In this document: positions 28,244 to 38,012 of the stretch, piece after piece
How the letters are laid out: each line of letters begins with the position of its first letter
How positions within the stretch are numbered: position 1 is the stretch's first letter
Assembly: GCA_021513715.1 (NCBI GenBank)
Contig: CP084167.1
Location: 2,848,001 to 2,912,000 of the forward strand
DNA: 64,000 bases
From: Candidatus Heimdallarchaeum endolithica
GTDB taxonomy: Archaea > Asgardarchaeota > Heimdallarchaeia > Heimdallarchaeales > Heimdallarchaeaceae
Direction of reading: 5' to 3'
Position numbers and translations under genes: made by a program
The notes under the pieces: model-generated
The model's input: only the letters and a program-made list of their open reading frames with translations
Told to the model about the DNA's origin: nothing
Databases searched by the model: none

Positions 28244-29253
28244 TGTTTACTCAATAGACTTGGGTTACACTTTTGGGTACTAGAGAAACATAGGGGTGAT
28301 TCATAAATCTTTCTCCTGGGGTGAGGAAGTTAAGAGATTGGTGAGGACGACTAAAATTGTAGTAAGAGCGGTAGTAGGAGAGATCTGCGTTGCAGTATTT
28401 TAGACCTAATCTTTCCATCTCACGGATGATTGTCCCATGTAGTCTTTCTACTTTTCCACATGTTTCGGGGTGAAAAACTCTAGCTCTGATGTGCTTTATT
28501 CCTTCTGTTTGACACCAACGGGAGAAGGTACTTGTTCCTCCTCTAACGGAAGAGAAGAGTGCTCCATTGTCAGTAAGTATAGACTCGGGGTAACCGTACT
28601 CTTTTATTGCTTCCTCTAGCAAACTTATTATCTGCTCTTTTTTTGGTGCAAAAGGGTGGAATTCAGCTCCCAGACAGAATCGTGAGTGGTCGTCTATCAA
28701 GGTTATGAGGTGGAGATGTTGTCCCTGTTCTTCTACCCAGAATGGTCCTTTCACATCTATTTGCCAGAGTTCGTTAGGTTTTTGACGTTCAAAACTCTTG
28801 TATCGAGGTCTTTTCCTCTTTTTTCTATTAACCCATAAAGGAAGACCTAACTCTTTTATTACTTTCGTCACTGTCGTCTGAGAGAGTGCTTTTCCTTCTC
28901 TCTTCAACAAATAAGCTATCTTCTCCACATTCATTCCTTGTTTTATTCTTAACTCCCTTATCCTCTCTTTTAACTCCTCATCTACTTTCCTGTGTATAGT
29001 TTTTGGTCTGGAAGATCTATCTTTCCACCATACTCCTTCAGGGTTCTCTCTGAACCTCTTCAACCACTTATACACAAACTTCCTACTCACCATATACTTG
29101 TGAGCTACTTCTTTTATCTTCTCTCCTTCCAAAGCTTTTTTAACCACAATCTTTCTTAGTTTCTCCAGGTTACGTTCGTTTTTGTTCATAATATATCACT
29201 TACCCACGTAACCCACTTCTATTTATTTGTTACCAATGTGAGTTGAGTATACA
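28244..29253 (-). mobile_element. IS481-family insertion sequence, 1010 bp
   Basis: TGT...ACA ends; 26-bp imperfect TIRs (TGTTTACTCAATAGACTTGGGTTACA vs TGTATACTCAACTCACATTGGTAACA); flanked by 16-bp direct repeat CTCTCCAGATTTTTTT at 28228-28243 and 29254-29269. Confidence 0.95.
28251..29189 (-). CDS. IS481-family DDE transposase
   Basis: HTH (VSRKFVYKWLKRF), DRSSRP, PNELWQID, IDDHSRF, ILTDNG, PETCGKVER, YNFSRPHQSL. Confidence 0.97.
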   Translation of the reverse strand: MNKNERNLEKLRKIVVKKALEGEKIKEVAHKYMVSRKFVYKWLKRFRENPEGVWWKDRSSRPKTIHRKVDEELKERIRELRIKQGMNVEKIAYLLKREGKALSQTTVTKVIKELGLPLWVNRKKRKRPRYKSFERQKPNELWQIDVKGPFWVEEQGQHLHLITLIDDHSRFCLGAEFHPFAPKKEQIISLLEEAIKEYGYPESILTDNGALFSSVRGGTSTFSRWCQTEGIKHIRARVFHPETCGKVERLHGTIIREMERLGLKYCNADLSYYRSYYNFSRPHQSLNFLTPGERFMNHPYVSLVPKSVTQVY

Positions 29254-29324
29254 CTCTCCAGATTTTTTTATTTAATCTTATTTATTGTAATTTCTACTCT
29301 TTTCTAATAGTAAATATTGAAAAA

Positions 29325-30674
29325 TTAGATGAATCTTTTATAAATTAATTCAATTTTTCTTTTCCAATTTTCATATTCTTTATAAGTTTCAGGAAACTGC
29401 GAACAGAGTTTCTTTATTTGTTTTGTAGCGCTCAGAGCTTTTTTCATTAAAATTAGCAAGTAAAATTTAGGAAAGCAACGTATAACTCTAGCTAAAAGAG
29501 AAAAGATGCTTTCTTTCTTGCTTAGACCTTGAACAGATAAGTCAGATTGCTTGATTACTCCTCTTCTAATTAAAAACTCTAAATCCTCTGCCCCAATCCT
29601 TTTTAAAACAATAACTAGTATCTTATAGAGCGAATTATCACTTCCAAATTCCTTTATAACTTCAACATTATACTGCCACAAGTTATCAACATCATATTCT
29701 CCTTTTTCAATGGCTAGTTTAGCTACTTTTCCAGCTATTGTACCAGCAAGTAAAGCAGGACCATGTCCTTCTGCTGTAAGAGGGTCTGCATGAAAAGCAG
29801 CATCTCCTGCAATAATAAGACCTGGAGCAACAGCATTCCACAAAGGTGGTTGTACAGGAACTACGTCTCCTCTTCCATCAATAACTTCATATTCAGGATA
29901 ATATTTTCTTATAGCGTTAAAATAAACTTGTTTAACACTAAGCTGCTCATTTTGACCAACTTTTTGAAAACCTGTCCCACAATTTAATTTTTGTTTTCCA
30001 TCTCCAAAAAACCAAATATATCCAGGTTCTGGGATATTTCTCTCATATTGTAATACAATTTTTTGGTGTAAATCATGATCTTCCTTTAACTTTATTATCT
30101 CTCGAAAACATGAAGCATAGTCGTTTTTTGTGAGTTTTTTGTACAAGGATGGAGAAAAGTCTTCTGGTAAATTTGTTCTTATAACAGCACGACATCCACT
30201 AGCATCTATGGTTATTTTTGCTCTAAATTCTCTTTCTTCATTATTTTTAGTTTTTGCTATAACTCCCACTACTTTATTATTCTCAACTAAGGGTTTTATT
30301 ACTTTGCAATTATCAACTAATTGAACTTTTCTTGAAAGGGCTTCCTTAAGCAATCGTTGGCCATAAATATGACGATTTATCATAAAGCCAATGGCTGGTA
30401 ACTGTATATTTATTTCTGGTTTTCTTGTTCTAACTACCATTGTTCCTATTTTTGCATTTATTTCTTCTTCCTTCGGAGGTTCAATTTCTAACATTTTTGA
30501 AATTTTCAAAGAAGTTTTTTTAGATAATGCTTCCCCACAAACTTTATCTCCAATTTTCTCTTTAGGTTTAGTATCGATTAATATTACACTTAATTTTCTA
30601 TTGGCAGCACTAATGGCTGCTGAAACACCTGCAGGACCTGCGCCAACAATAACAACATCACTAGTGTTAGACAT
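29325..30674 (-). CDS. Geranylgeranyl reductase family (digeranylgeranylglycerophospholipid reductase)
   Basis: VGAGPAG, K.CG, IDASG, PGY.WFF, GDAA...P...EG. Confidence 0.85.
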   Translation of the reverse strand: MSNTSDVVIVGAGPAGVSAAISAANRKLSVILIDTKPKEKIGDKVCGEALSKKTSLKISKMLEIEPPKEEEINAKIGTMVVRTRKPEINIQLPAIGFMINRHIYGQRLLKEALSRKVQLVDNCKVIKPLVENNKVVGVIAKTKNNEEREFRAKITIDASGCRAVIRTNLPEDFSPSLYKKLTKNDYASCFREIIKLKEDHDLHQKIVLQYERNIPEPGYIWFFGDGKQKLNCGTGFQKVGQNEQLSVKQVYFNAIRKYYPEYEVIDGRGDVVPVQPPLWNAVAPGLIIAGDAAFHADPLTAEGHGPALLAGTIAGKVAKLAIEKGEYDVDNLWQYNVEVIKEFGSDNSLYKILVIVLKRIGAEDLEFLIRRGVIKQSDLSVQGLSKKESIFSLLARVIRCFPKFYLLILMKKALSATKQIKKLCSQFPETYKEYENWKRKIELIYKRFI

Positions 30675-30881
30675 TAATTCAGAACGAGAGTTGAGCATTA
30701 AAAGATTTTCTCTCTTTTTTTTGTTTTATGTGTTGCTATAAAATACAATTAATCGCTATTTATATGTCTGTTTGTCTATATTACTGTGGTTTATTCTATA
30801 ACATATTTTGGTTTAGTTAATTACTCACCTTCCTATGAAACAAATTTTAAATAGACATATGATTTAATAAGATAGAAGAAA

Positions 30882-31985
30882 ATGGAAAAAGTAAAAATTG
30901 TCTTTTCAGTATTTGACGATACAGTGGGTTCAAGAGTTCTTCTATCACAAAATGTGTCTGAAGAAGAAGCTCAAAAAGTTTCAGTAAGAATGTTGATGGG
31001 TGCAGCAGCTACTGATATGCTAAAAGAAAGTTCAGCAGTTTTACCCCTTCATGACATGAGCGATGTAGCATATTCATTTTTCTTTGGTATCCCTTGTAAG
31101 TCAAAAAGGTCTCCTGTCACAATGGCTTGTTTAACGTTTATAATACCAGAAGATCTTCAATCTAAACTTTATACGAAGGTACCAGTTTTTAATTATCATT
31201 CTAGTACAGTAGCCAAACAAATAGCTGGTCTTATTTTATATGAACCTAGTTACAATTTAGATGAATCACTTAAACAGAGAGTATTCAAGTGGGCTGAAAA
31301 TCTAAAATCTATTATGGAAGCTAAACAAGATCAAATGGGTGGAGTTCAAACAATTGATATATTAAGATCAGCAGCAACGCCTTACTTCTTCATGAGGCTT
31401 GTGAATAAGGGACAAGAGTCAGTTGTAAGAGAATTAATGTTAGGTCGCCCAATTGTAGTTATATGTTCAAAAGAGATGGTGAAACCGTTTTTATCTTCAT
31501 TACAGTCATTCCAACCCAGAAGAGAATTGCTCGTTTCGCTCTATCCTGCAGAATATGTTCCTCCAGATCAATTTGATGTCCTTTTTGCAACTCCTGATCT
31601 GTTGTCTTCTTATCCTGACACACTTATTGTAGATTTAACAACAGGTGTAGCTAAAAATGGTCAAAACTGTCTATTCTGTAAAGAATTACTTAACAAGCTT
31701 CAACAAGATGCAGAAGCTGAGAACTATAATCATAAGGAAATAATTGATGTTGCAATAAGAAAAATGGAAGAAGAAGTAAGTAAGATTCTTAGATATTCTG
31801 GTTCATCAATTATTAGCCAATATTATGCGCTAACAACAAATCCAAAACAACAATTTGCTAATCTTACTGATAGCGAAATCGACATGGCTTTTACAATTGC
31901 TTTATCTAGATATCCTGAATATGCTCAAAAAATCGACAAGTTATACCAGGAATTGACTGGAAAGAAAAGAAAATTCACTGTTTAA
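30882..31985 (+). CDS. DENN-like protein (uDENN/longin + cDENN + helical C-terminus)
   Basis: N-terminal FSVFDD.VG.R, central LMLGRPIVV and LIVDL..G motifs typical of DENN/AVL9/folliculin folds. Confidence 0.65.
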   Translation: MEKVKIVFSVFDDTVGSRVLLSQNVSEEEAQKVSVRMLMGAAATDMLKESSAVLPLHDMSDVAYSFFFGIPCKSKRSPVTMACLTFIIPEDLQSKLYTKVPVFNYHSSTVAKQIAGLILYEPSYNLDESLKQRVFKWAENLKSIMEAKQDQMGGVQTIDILRSAATPYFFMRLVNKGQESVVRELMLGRPIVVICSKEMVKPFLSSLQSFQPRRELLVSLYPAEYVPPDQFDVLFATPDLLSSYPDTLIVDLTTGVAKNGQNCLFCKELLNKLQQDAEAENYNHKEIIDVAIRKMEEEVSKILRYSGSSIISQYYALTTNPKQQFANLTDSEIDMAFTIALSRYPEYAQKIDKLYQELTGKKRKFTV

Positions 31986-32108
31986 CAAAAATAATTACTT
32001 TTTATTTTTTTTATTTTATGGGTTATTATCCAAGTTATAAACAAAAACTCATGTGTTTTTGTGTTATCTTTGAATAAATTTTAAATCTTTAAAATTTACT
32101 CTTGAAAT

Positions 32109-32879
32109 ATGAAAATACTTGAGATAGTTGAAAAAATAGCTGTAGAAGAACCAAGAATAGTTTCTATCGTTGGTGCTGGGATATCAAAAGCTTCAGGTAT
32201 GCCAACCTTCAGGGGAGAAGATGGAATGTGGAATAACTACAGTGCTATGGAACTAGCTACTCCTCAAGCATTTGCAAAAGATCCTCAACTAGTGTGGAAT
32301 TGGTACAAAGCAAGAATGAGAATTTTGCTTAAAGCAAAACCAAACGATGCACATTTTGCCCTCACAAAATTAGAAAAAGCAGGTTTAAGTTTAGGTATTA
32401 TAACTCAAAATGTTGATGGTTTACACGAATTAGCAGGGAGTAAAAAAATTATTGAAATACATGGCAGAATTAGATATGCCCGTTGTACAAGTTGCAAACA
32501 TGTACAAAGATGGGATAAGGATGAAATAGTAAACGAGCGTGATTCTCTTCTTTATTGTCCTAATTGTGAAAAAAGTTTGCTAAGACCTGATGTTGTTTGG
32601 TTTGGAGAACCTTTAGATCCTTCAAAAAGTGAAATTGCACTTGATTGGTTATCACATTGTAATCTTGTTTTAGTAATTGGAACAAGTGGGGTTGTTTATC
32701 CTGTTGCTTCATTTCCTTCTTTTGCCAAAGAAAATGGAGCTAAAATTATAGAATTTAATATCGAATCTACTCCACTTACACCAATTTGTGATTTCTCAGT
32801 ATTTGGAAAGTGCGAAGAAAACTTACCTCTGTTTGTAGAAGAGTTAATAAGAAAAATAGAGAAAAGTAAAAGTGGGTAA
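32109..32879 (+). CDS. cobB: NAD-dependent protein deacylase (Sir2, class III)
   Basis: GAGIS..SG.PTFRG, W.WY..R, TQNVDGLH, IHG, Zn CxxC pairs, LRPDVVWFGE, GTSG.VYP. Confidence 0.95.
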   Translation: MKILEIVEKIAVEEPRIVSIVGAGISKASGMPTFRGEDGMWNNYSAMELATPQAFAKDPQLVWNWYKARMRILLKAKPNDAHFALTKLEKAGLSLGIITQNVDGLHELAGSKKIIEIHGRIRYARCTSCKHVQRWDKDEIVNERDSLLYCPNCEKSLLRPDVVWFGEPLDPSKSEIALDWLSHCNLVLVIGTSGVVYPVASFPSFAKENGAKIIEFNIESTPLTPICDFSVFGKCEENLPLFVEELIRKIEKSKSG

Positions 32880-33156
32880 AATGAAAAAAAGAATAGAAGT
32901 AAAGGTTACAGGAATAGTCCAAGGAGTATGCTTTAGAGCTTATACCAGAGATTTTGCAAAAAGAATAGGTGTAAATGGATACGTGAGAAATCTAGTTGAT
33001 GGTTCAGTGGAAATAGTAGCTGAAGGTGAAGAAGAAAAACTTTGGGAATTAATTAAATTTGCAAAAAGAGGTCCACCATCTGCTCGGGTGTATAATATTG
33101 ATGTAAAGTGGACTGAAAATTTAAATCAATTTAACAATTTTACAATAAAATATTGA
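32872..33156 (+). CDS. acyP: Acylphosphatase
   Basis: G.VQGV.FR, GYVRN..DGSVE, GPP.A.V. Confidence 0.95.
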   Translation: MGKMKKRIEVKVTGIVQGVCFRAYTRDFAKRIGVNGYVRNLVDGSVEIVAEGEEEKLWELIKFAKRGPPSARVYNIDVKWTENLNQFNNFTIKY

Positions 33157-33185
33157 AAAATAAAAATGAGGAAAATAGGTCAAGT

Positions 33186-33971
33186 CTATTCATCTTTTTC
33201 AGAAGATGTGTTTTCTTCTTTTTCTTTTTTTGATTTTGCTAGCAACTTGTCTATTTTTTTCCTATCTTCTTCTGATAGCTGCTCCATGGCCTCTTGACTC
33301 TTTTTCATAATATGTCCTAGAATAAGTCCATATAGTATCGATAAAACGCCCATTGTTGAGCCTTGAGAATTATAATGTTCTTGTGCTCTAGATTTACATG
33401 TATTCAACCATTCTTTAGTCATTTTTCCGTTTCCTAATCCAGGACATTCTTCCTTATCTGCTAAAAAGTATTTTTGTCCATTAAAAGCTAAAGGATAAGC
33501 ACTACAGTGAATAGGCATGCTATAGTAAAGGTTACAAATTTTGTTCTCATGATCGTAGAGGGGACATCCAGAAGGATTAGAATCATTTTCTTTCTTATTC
33601 CGCTTCAAAACTAACTGAACACTAAATTGGTTTACTTCTTTTATTTGAAGAAAGGGTAATACGTAATTAAGAGAACCATCGTTGATCCATCTCTGAATGT
33701 CAGAAATATAGACTGGAACTTCATCCCAACGTTCACAACACTTACCACAACCCTTTATACAATTAAAAACAAATCTTTGAGGTCTTTTTTCTTTTGATTC
33801 TTGTTTTCCTTGTTCTTCTTCTTTTTCACTTTTCTTTGTTTGTTTTTCTATTTTTTCTTTGTTTTCTTTATTTTGTTCCTTTTCTTGTTGCTCTTCTTTT
33901 TTAACTTCTTGTTTTTCTTCTTGTTCTCTTCTCTCTTCAGTGACATCTACATTCTCTTCATTTTCAATCAT
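33186..33971 (-). CDS. YkgJ/CxxCxxCC cysteine-cluster protein with charged N-terminal extension
   Basis: C..GCG.CC, CP.YD...C..Y...P..C..YP, CPG.G. Confidence 0.85.
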   Translation of the reverse strand: MIENEENVDVTEERREQEEKQEVKKEEQQEKEQNKENKEKIEKQTKKSEKEEEQGKQESKEKRPQRFVFNCIKGCGKCCERWDEVPVYISDIQRWINDGSLNYVLPFLQIKEVNQFSVQLVLKRNKKENDSNPSGCPLYDHENKICNLYYSMPIHCSAYPLAFNGQKYFLADKEECPGLGNGKMTKEWLNTCKSRAQEHYNSQGSTMGVLSILYGLILGHIMKKSQEAMEQLSEEDRKKIDKLLAKSKKEKEENTSSEKDE

Positions 33972-34060
33972 TGTATCACCAAATATTAAGACAAATAAAA
34001 GAAAATAAAATTTTTCGGTATATAATATAATATTATAAAAATAAAAAATAAAATAAGAGT

Positions 34061-34699
34061 CTAACCGTACAACTCTCGTTTAATAGTCTCAAAGATTCCA
34101 TCTATTCTATCGTACATTTCTTCTCCGCCTTTCAAAGCTGAGATTGCTTCCCATCCGTGAAATGACCTTGGATAACGTTCTTTCAAGTGTTCCCAAGCAG
34201 CTTTAAAGTTTTCTCTCAAGTACTCATCTGCTTTTGCTTTGCTAAAATCAAGTAAGTCGATTTTATTCACTACTAAGAAAAAGATGGCTTTTGCTTTTCT
34301 TGCTTTACGCTCAGCTTTGACAATATCATTATCTAGAGTCATAAGAAAATAATTGCTAACTTGAGTTAAAGCATCAATTTGAACTTTAGTATCTTGAGTG
34401 GGGTCAATCATGAAAATTATACCGTTAGTCTTGTAGTCCTGCATTGCTTTCTTCCAATAAGGCCACAAAGACATATCTCCAGGGCAATCTACTGCCATAA
34501 CCTTGTATGTCCTATATTTTTCTAAGCTTAAAGCTGATTTGTATTGTTGACTTTTGAGTTTTATACGTTTAGAGTGCACTTCAATTTGTGTTGTAGGACT
34601 TATATCTTCGATATCTTCTCCCTTGATTCTTTTAATTAGAGTAGTTTTACCTACTCCTGTTGCACCTAAAATTGTGATTGATAATTCACGAGTTAACAT
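34061..34699 (-). CDS. Ras/Arf-superfamily small GTPase
   Basis: G1 GATGVGKT, G2 PT, G3 DCPG, G4 NKID, G5 SAL. Confidence 0.9.
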   Translation of the reverse strand: MLTRELSITILGATGVGKTTLIKRIKGEDIEDISPTTQIEVHSKRIKLKSQQYKSALSLEKYRTYKVMAVDCPGDMSLWPYWKKAMQDYKTNGIIFMIDPTQDTKVQIDALTQVSNYFLMTLDNDIVKAERKARKAKAIFFLVVNKIDLLDFSKAKADEYLRENFKAAWEHLKERYPRSFHGWEAISALKGGEEMYDRIDGIFETIKRELYG

Positions 34700-35044
34700 T
34701 GTTATTCAACTGAATAGTTAGTTTATTCAGTATATCAATCTTTTGTAAAGATTAAGTATACACTTTAGTCAAAAAATCAAAATTCAATCTAATAGGTGTT
34801 GAAATTAGGATAATTGGAATTATCGCTTTAAATTTAATAAAAGGCTGATAAGCGCTATTTCTAAAAATTATGATACTAATAATTAAAAAAATTAAAAATA
34901 GGTTTTAAATTTTCTTTAAATTTAATATTTCTAAAAAATATTATCTATTTTTTCTAAATTTTTCTATTTTTCACGCAAAAAAAGCGCAATTCTAATGTGC
35001 GTTTTTAGCGCATCTAGCATTGTTTTTTAGAACTTCCAAAACTT

Positions 35045-35060
35045 GAGAAAGGTTTATAAG
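35045..35060 (+). promoter_or_regulatory. Probable BRE/TATA promoter of the kor-hdr-mvh-frd operon
   Basis: GAGAAAGG followed by TTTATAA ~58 bp before the first ORF. Confidence 0.55.
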
Positions 35061-35116
35061 GAGACTGTTGGTGTTCTTGTAGATTATTAAAAATTAAGTT
35101 GATATGTGAATAGTAT

Positions 35117-35449
35117 ATGAATTATACTGTCGATTATGATAAAAAAAAGAAAAAAGCGGAGTGGCCCGCTTTCATAAATATAAGTGAATGGAAACAAGAA
35201 CACCCCGTAATATATTTAATCCCAGAACGTTGCAAAGCTTGTAGTTTCTGCATAAATTACTGCCCTGAACAGATACTTGAATTTTCTTCAGATATCAACC
35301 AAAAGGGTTATCATCTTCCCAAACTTAAAGAGGGTAAGGATTTTTCTAACTGTGCAGAGTGTCATTTTTGCGAATTAATTTGTCCTGAATTCGCTATTTT
35401 TGTGAAGGTTCCGGAAAAACAAGAAGAGGAGGAGAAACAAGATGAGTAA
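35117..35449 (+). CDS. korD: 2x[4Fe-4S] ferredoxin, 2-oxoacid oxidoreductase delta subunit
   Basis: CKACSFCINYCP, N.KGYH.P, CAECHFCELICPEFAI; upstream of korA. Confidence 0.88.
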   Translation: MNYTVDYDKKKKKAEWPAFINISEWKQEHPVIYLIPERCKACSFCINYCPEQILEFSSDINQKGYHLPKLKEGKDFSNCAECHFCELICPEFAIFVKVPEKQEEEEKQDE

Positions 35450-36614
35450 AACAATTCAGAAAGAAGAAGATCGAACTGTTTTAACTGGTGAATACTTTAC
35501 AACAGGAAACCTTGCTGCTGCAGAAGGAGCTTTGGCTGCTGGATGTAAGTTTTTTGGTGGTTATCCTATTACTCCTAGTTCAGAGATCGCAGAACACATG
35601 TCTTATCGTCTTCCCCAAGTTGGAGGGCATTTCCTTCAATTCGAAGATGAAATTGCTTCTATCGTATCAATTCTTGGAGCAAGTTGGGGAGGATGGAAAT
35701 CTATGACTGCAACTTCTGGGCCAGGTTACTCATTGATGTTGGAAAATATTGGTCTAGGTATAATGACTGAAACTCCTTGTGTTATAATAAATGTGCAACG
35801 AGGAGGACCATCTACTGGTCTACCAACACTAGTAGGTCAGCAAGATATCCAACAGACAAGATGGGGGTCACATGGAGATTATGAAGTAATAGCTTTAGCA
35901 CCAAATAGTGTTCAAGAATGCTTTGATTTAGTAATTGTTGCTTTTAATTATGCTGAAAAATATAGATTACCTGTAACTTTGCTAATGGATGAAACACTTG
36001 GTCATATGAGTGAAAAGTTGATTATACCAAAAAAAGATGATATCAAGATTATTAATAGAAAGAAGCCCAAAGATGATCCTTCCAGTCATCTTCCCTATAA
36101 AGCAGATGAAGATCTAGTACCACCAATGGCTACAGCTGGAGAAGGATATCGTGTTATAACCACAGGATTAACACATGATGAAAGAGGATATCCTGTTTTA
36201 GATGCAGAAACCCAAGAAAAACTTCTGCGAAGATTAATTAATAAAATAAAAAAGAATAAAGATGATATAATTTTACTTGAGGAATATAAACTTAAAGATG
36301 CTGAGCTAATAATTATCTCCTTTGGTATAAGTGCACGTGCTTCGAAAGGAGCAATTGAACTTGCAAGAAAAAAGGGGATAAAGGTTGGTCTTTTAAGACT
36401 TATTACCATCTGGCCATTTGCTGATGAACATATAGAAAAACTTGCAGAAAAAGTTGATAACATCTTGGTTGTTGAAATTAATTCTGGACAAGTTACAAGA
36501 GAGGTTCAGAGAGCTGTAAAGGGTAAAGCTAACGTACATGGAGTGCTTAAGCATGGAGGTACCATTCATACACCAGAAGAAATCTTATCTGAGATAGAGA
36601 GGAGAGTAAAATGA
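35442..36614 (+). CDS. korA: 2-oxoglutarate(2-oxoacid):ferredoxin oxidoreductase alpha subunit
   Basis: GYPITPSSE, EDEIAS, TATSGPG, VQRGGPSTGLPT, GSHGD. Confidence 0.92.
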   Translation: MSKTIQKEEDRTVLTGEYFTTGNLAAAEGALAAGCKFFGGYPITPSSEIAEHMSYRLPQVGGHFLQFEDEIASIVSILGASWGGWKSMTATSGPGYSLMLENIGLGIMTETPCVIINVQRGGPSTGLPTLVGQQDIQQTRWGSHGDYEVIALAPNSVQECFDLVIVAFNYAEKYRLPVTLLMDETLGHMSEKLIIPKKDDIKIINRKKPKDDPSSHLPYKADEDLVPPMATAGEGYRVITTGLTHDERGYPVLDAETQEKLLRRLINKIKKNKDDIILLEEYKLKDAELIIISFGISARASKGAIELARKKGIKVGLLRLITIWPFADEHIEKLAEKVDNILVVEINSGQVTREVQRAVKGKANVHGVLKHGGTIHTPEEILSEIERRVK

Positions 36615-37471
36615 CTAGTGAATTATTAAAAGCTGAAGAACATCCTTCAGATGTATTTCTAAGACCCGGTAGAATACCTCATATCTGGTGTCCTGGGTGC
36701 AGTTTAGGTTCAGTAACGAATGTGATTATACAAGCAATAAAACAAAGTGGAATTGATTCTAAAAAGATAGCTATAATTTCTGGTATTGGTTGCACAGGAA
36801 GAGCTGCAGGCTATCTGAATTTTGATTCTTTTCACACAACTCATGGTAGAGCTATACCTTTTGCTATAGGATTAAGCGTAACTGACCCTGAGAGAAAAGT
36901 TATTGTTATTTCAGGAGATGGAGATTTAGCTTCTATAGGAGGTAATCATCTGATTCATGGAGCTAGAAGAAATGCAGACATTACAGTTATTTGTGTAAAT
37001 AACTTTCAATATGGAATGACTGGTGGGCAAGTAGGCCCTACTTCCTACGAGGGACAATTTCAGACTACTGCCCCATATGGAAATGTTGAGCATCCATTTG
37101 ACCTACCAGGTTTAGCTTATTCATGTGGGGCAACTTTTGTAGCAAGGTGGACAGCTCTTGATGTTAGAAGAATGAAAGAAACAATTATTGAAGCGATTCT
37201 ACATAAAGGATTCTCTTTTGTAGAAATTTTGGGCTCATGTCCTACAACTTATGGTAGAAGAAATCAATTAAGAGAAGGTTTAGAAATTTTAGAAAATTTC
37301 AGAAAGAGGACAGTATTGCAACATGGAGCTGACCCAACAAAAACTGAAATCTCCAAAGATGGACCTATAATTGTTGGAAAATTTGTTGAAATAAAAGATA
37401 AATCAACCTTAACAGATAACTTGCTTAAAGTTCAAAGAATAGCAAAAGCAACAAAATCAAGGGGGTTATAA
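36611..37471 (+). CDS. korB: 2-oxoacid:ferredoxin oxidoreductase beta subunit
   Basis: WCPGC, SGIGC, HTTHGR, GDGD...IGGNH, YGMTGGQ, CPT. Confidence 0.92.
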   Translation: MTSELLKAEEHPSDVFLRPGRIPHIWCPGCSLGSVTNVIIQAIKQSGIDSKKIAIISGIGCTGRAAGYLNFDSFHTTHGRAIPFAIGLSVTDPERKVIVISGDGDLASIGGNHLIHGARRNADITVICVNNFQYGMTGGQVGPTSYEGQFQTTAPYGNVEHPFDLPGLAYSCGATFVARWTALDVRRMKETIIEAILHKGFSFVEILGSCPTTYGRRNQLREGLEILENFRKRTVLQHGADPTKTEISKDGPIIVGKFVEIKDKSTLTDNLLKVQRIAKATKSRGL

Positions 37472-37472
37472 A

Positions 37473-38012
37473 ATGCCAAGAGTAGAAATACGTTTTGCTG
37501 GTTTTGGAGGACAAGGAATCGGTCTTCTAGGAAGATTAATGGGTGAAGCAATTGCTTTGTATATGGAAGAAAAAAATGCTATAATGACTCAGAGCTATGG
37601 ACCTGAAAGTAGAGGAGGAGCCAGTAGTTCTGATGTTGTGATTGATGAAGGAGAAATTGCCTACCCTAAAGCAACTCATTATGATTATTTAGTTGTTATG
37701 TCAGAGGAAGCCTATCATAAATACATCCCGAATTTGAAAGAAGGGGGAACATTATTTGTAGAAGAGAATCTAGTAATCCTCGATGATCATGCTAAAAAAG
37801 CTGGAAAAATCTTGAAAATTCCTGCAACTAAAATAGCTGAAGAAATAGGAAGTAGTTTATATGCAAATATTGCAATGTTGGGTTTTTTCTGTGCAAATAC
37901 TGATATAGTATCTGAAGATGCGCTAAAGAAGGTGATAAGAGAAAAAGTGAAAGCACGTTTTGTAAAGAATAATCTTATTGCTTTCGAAAAGGGGAAAAAC
38001 TATAAGGGATGA
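37473..38012 (+). CDS. korC: 2-oxoacid:ferredoxin oxidoreductase gamma subunit
   Basis: AGFGGQG, QSYGPESRGG.S. Confidence 0.92.
   Translation: MPRVEIRFAGFGGQGIGLLGRLMGEAIALYMEEKNAIMTQSYGPESRGGASSSDVVIDEGEIAYPKATHYDYLVVMSEEAYHKYIPNLKEGGTLFVEENLVILDDHAKKAGKILKIPATKIAEEIGSSLYANIAMLGFFCANTDIVSEDALKKVIREKVKARFVKNNLIAFEKGKNYKG

Noticed and set aside
33801-33989. Phe-rich + strand ORF and other short antisense ORFs in the track
   Set aside because: They overlap well-supported genes on the opposite strand and reflect low-complexity Lys/Glu codons
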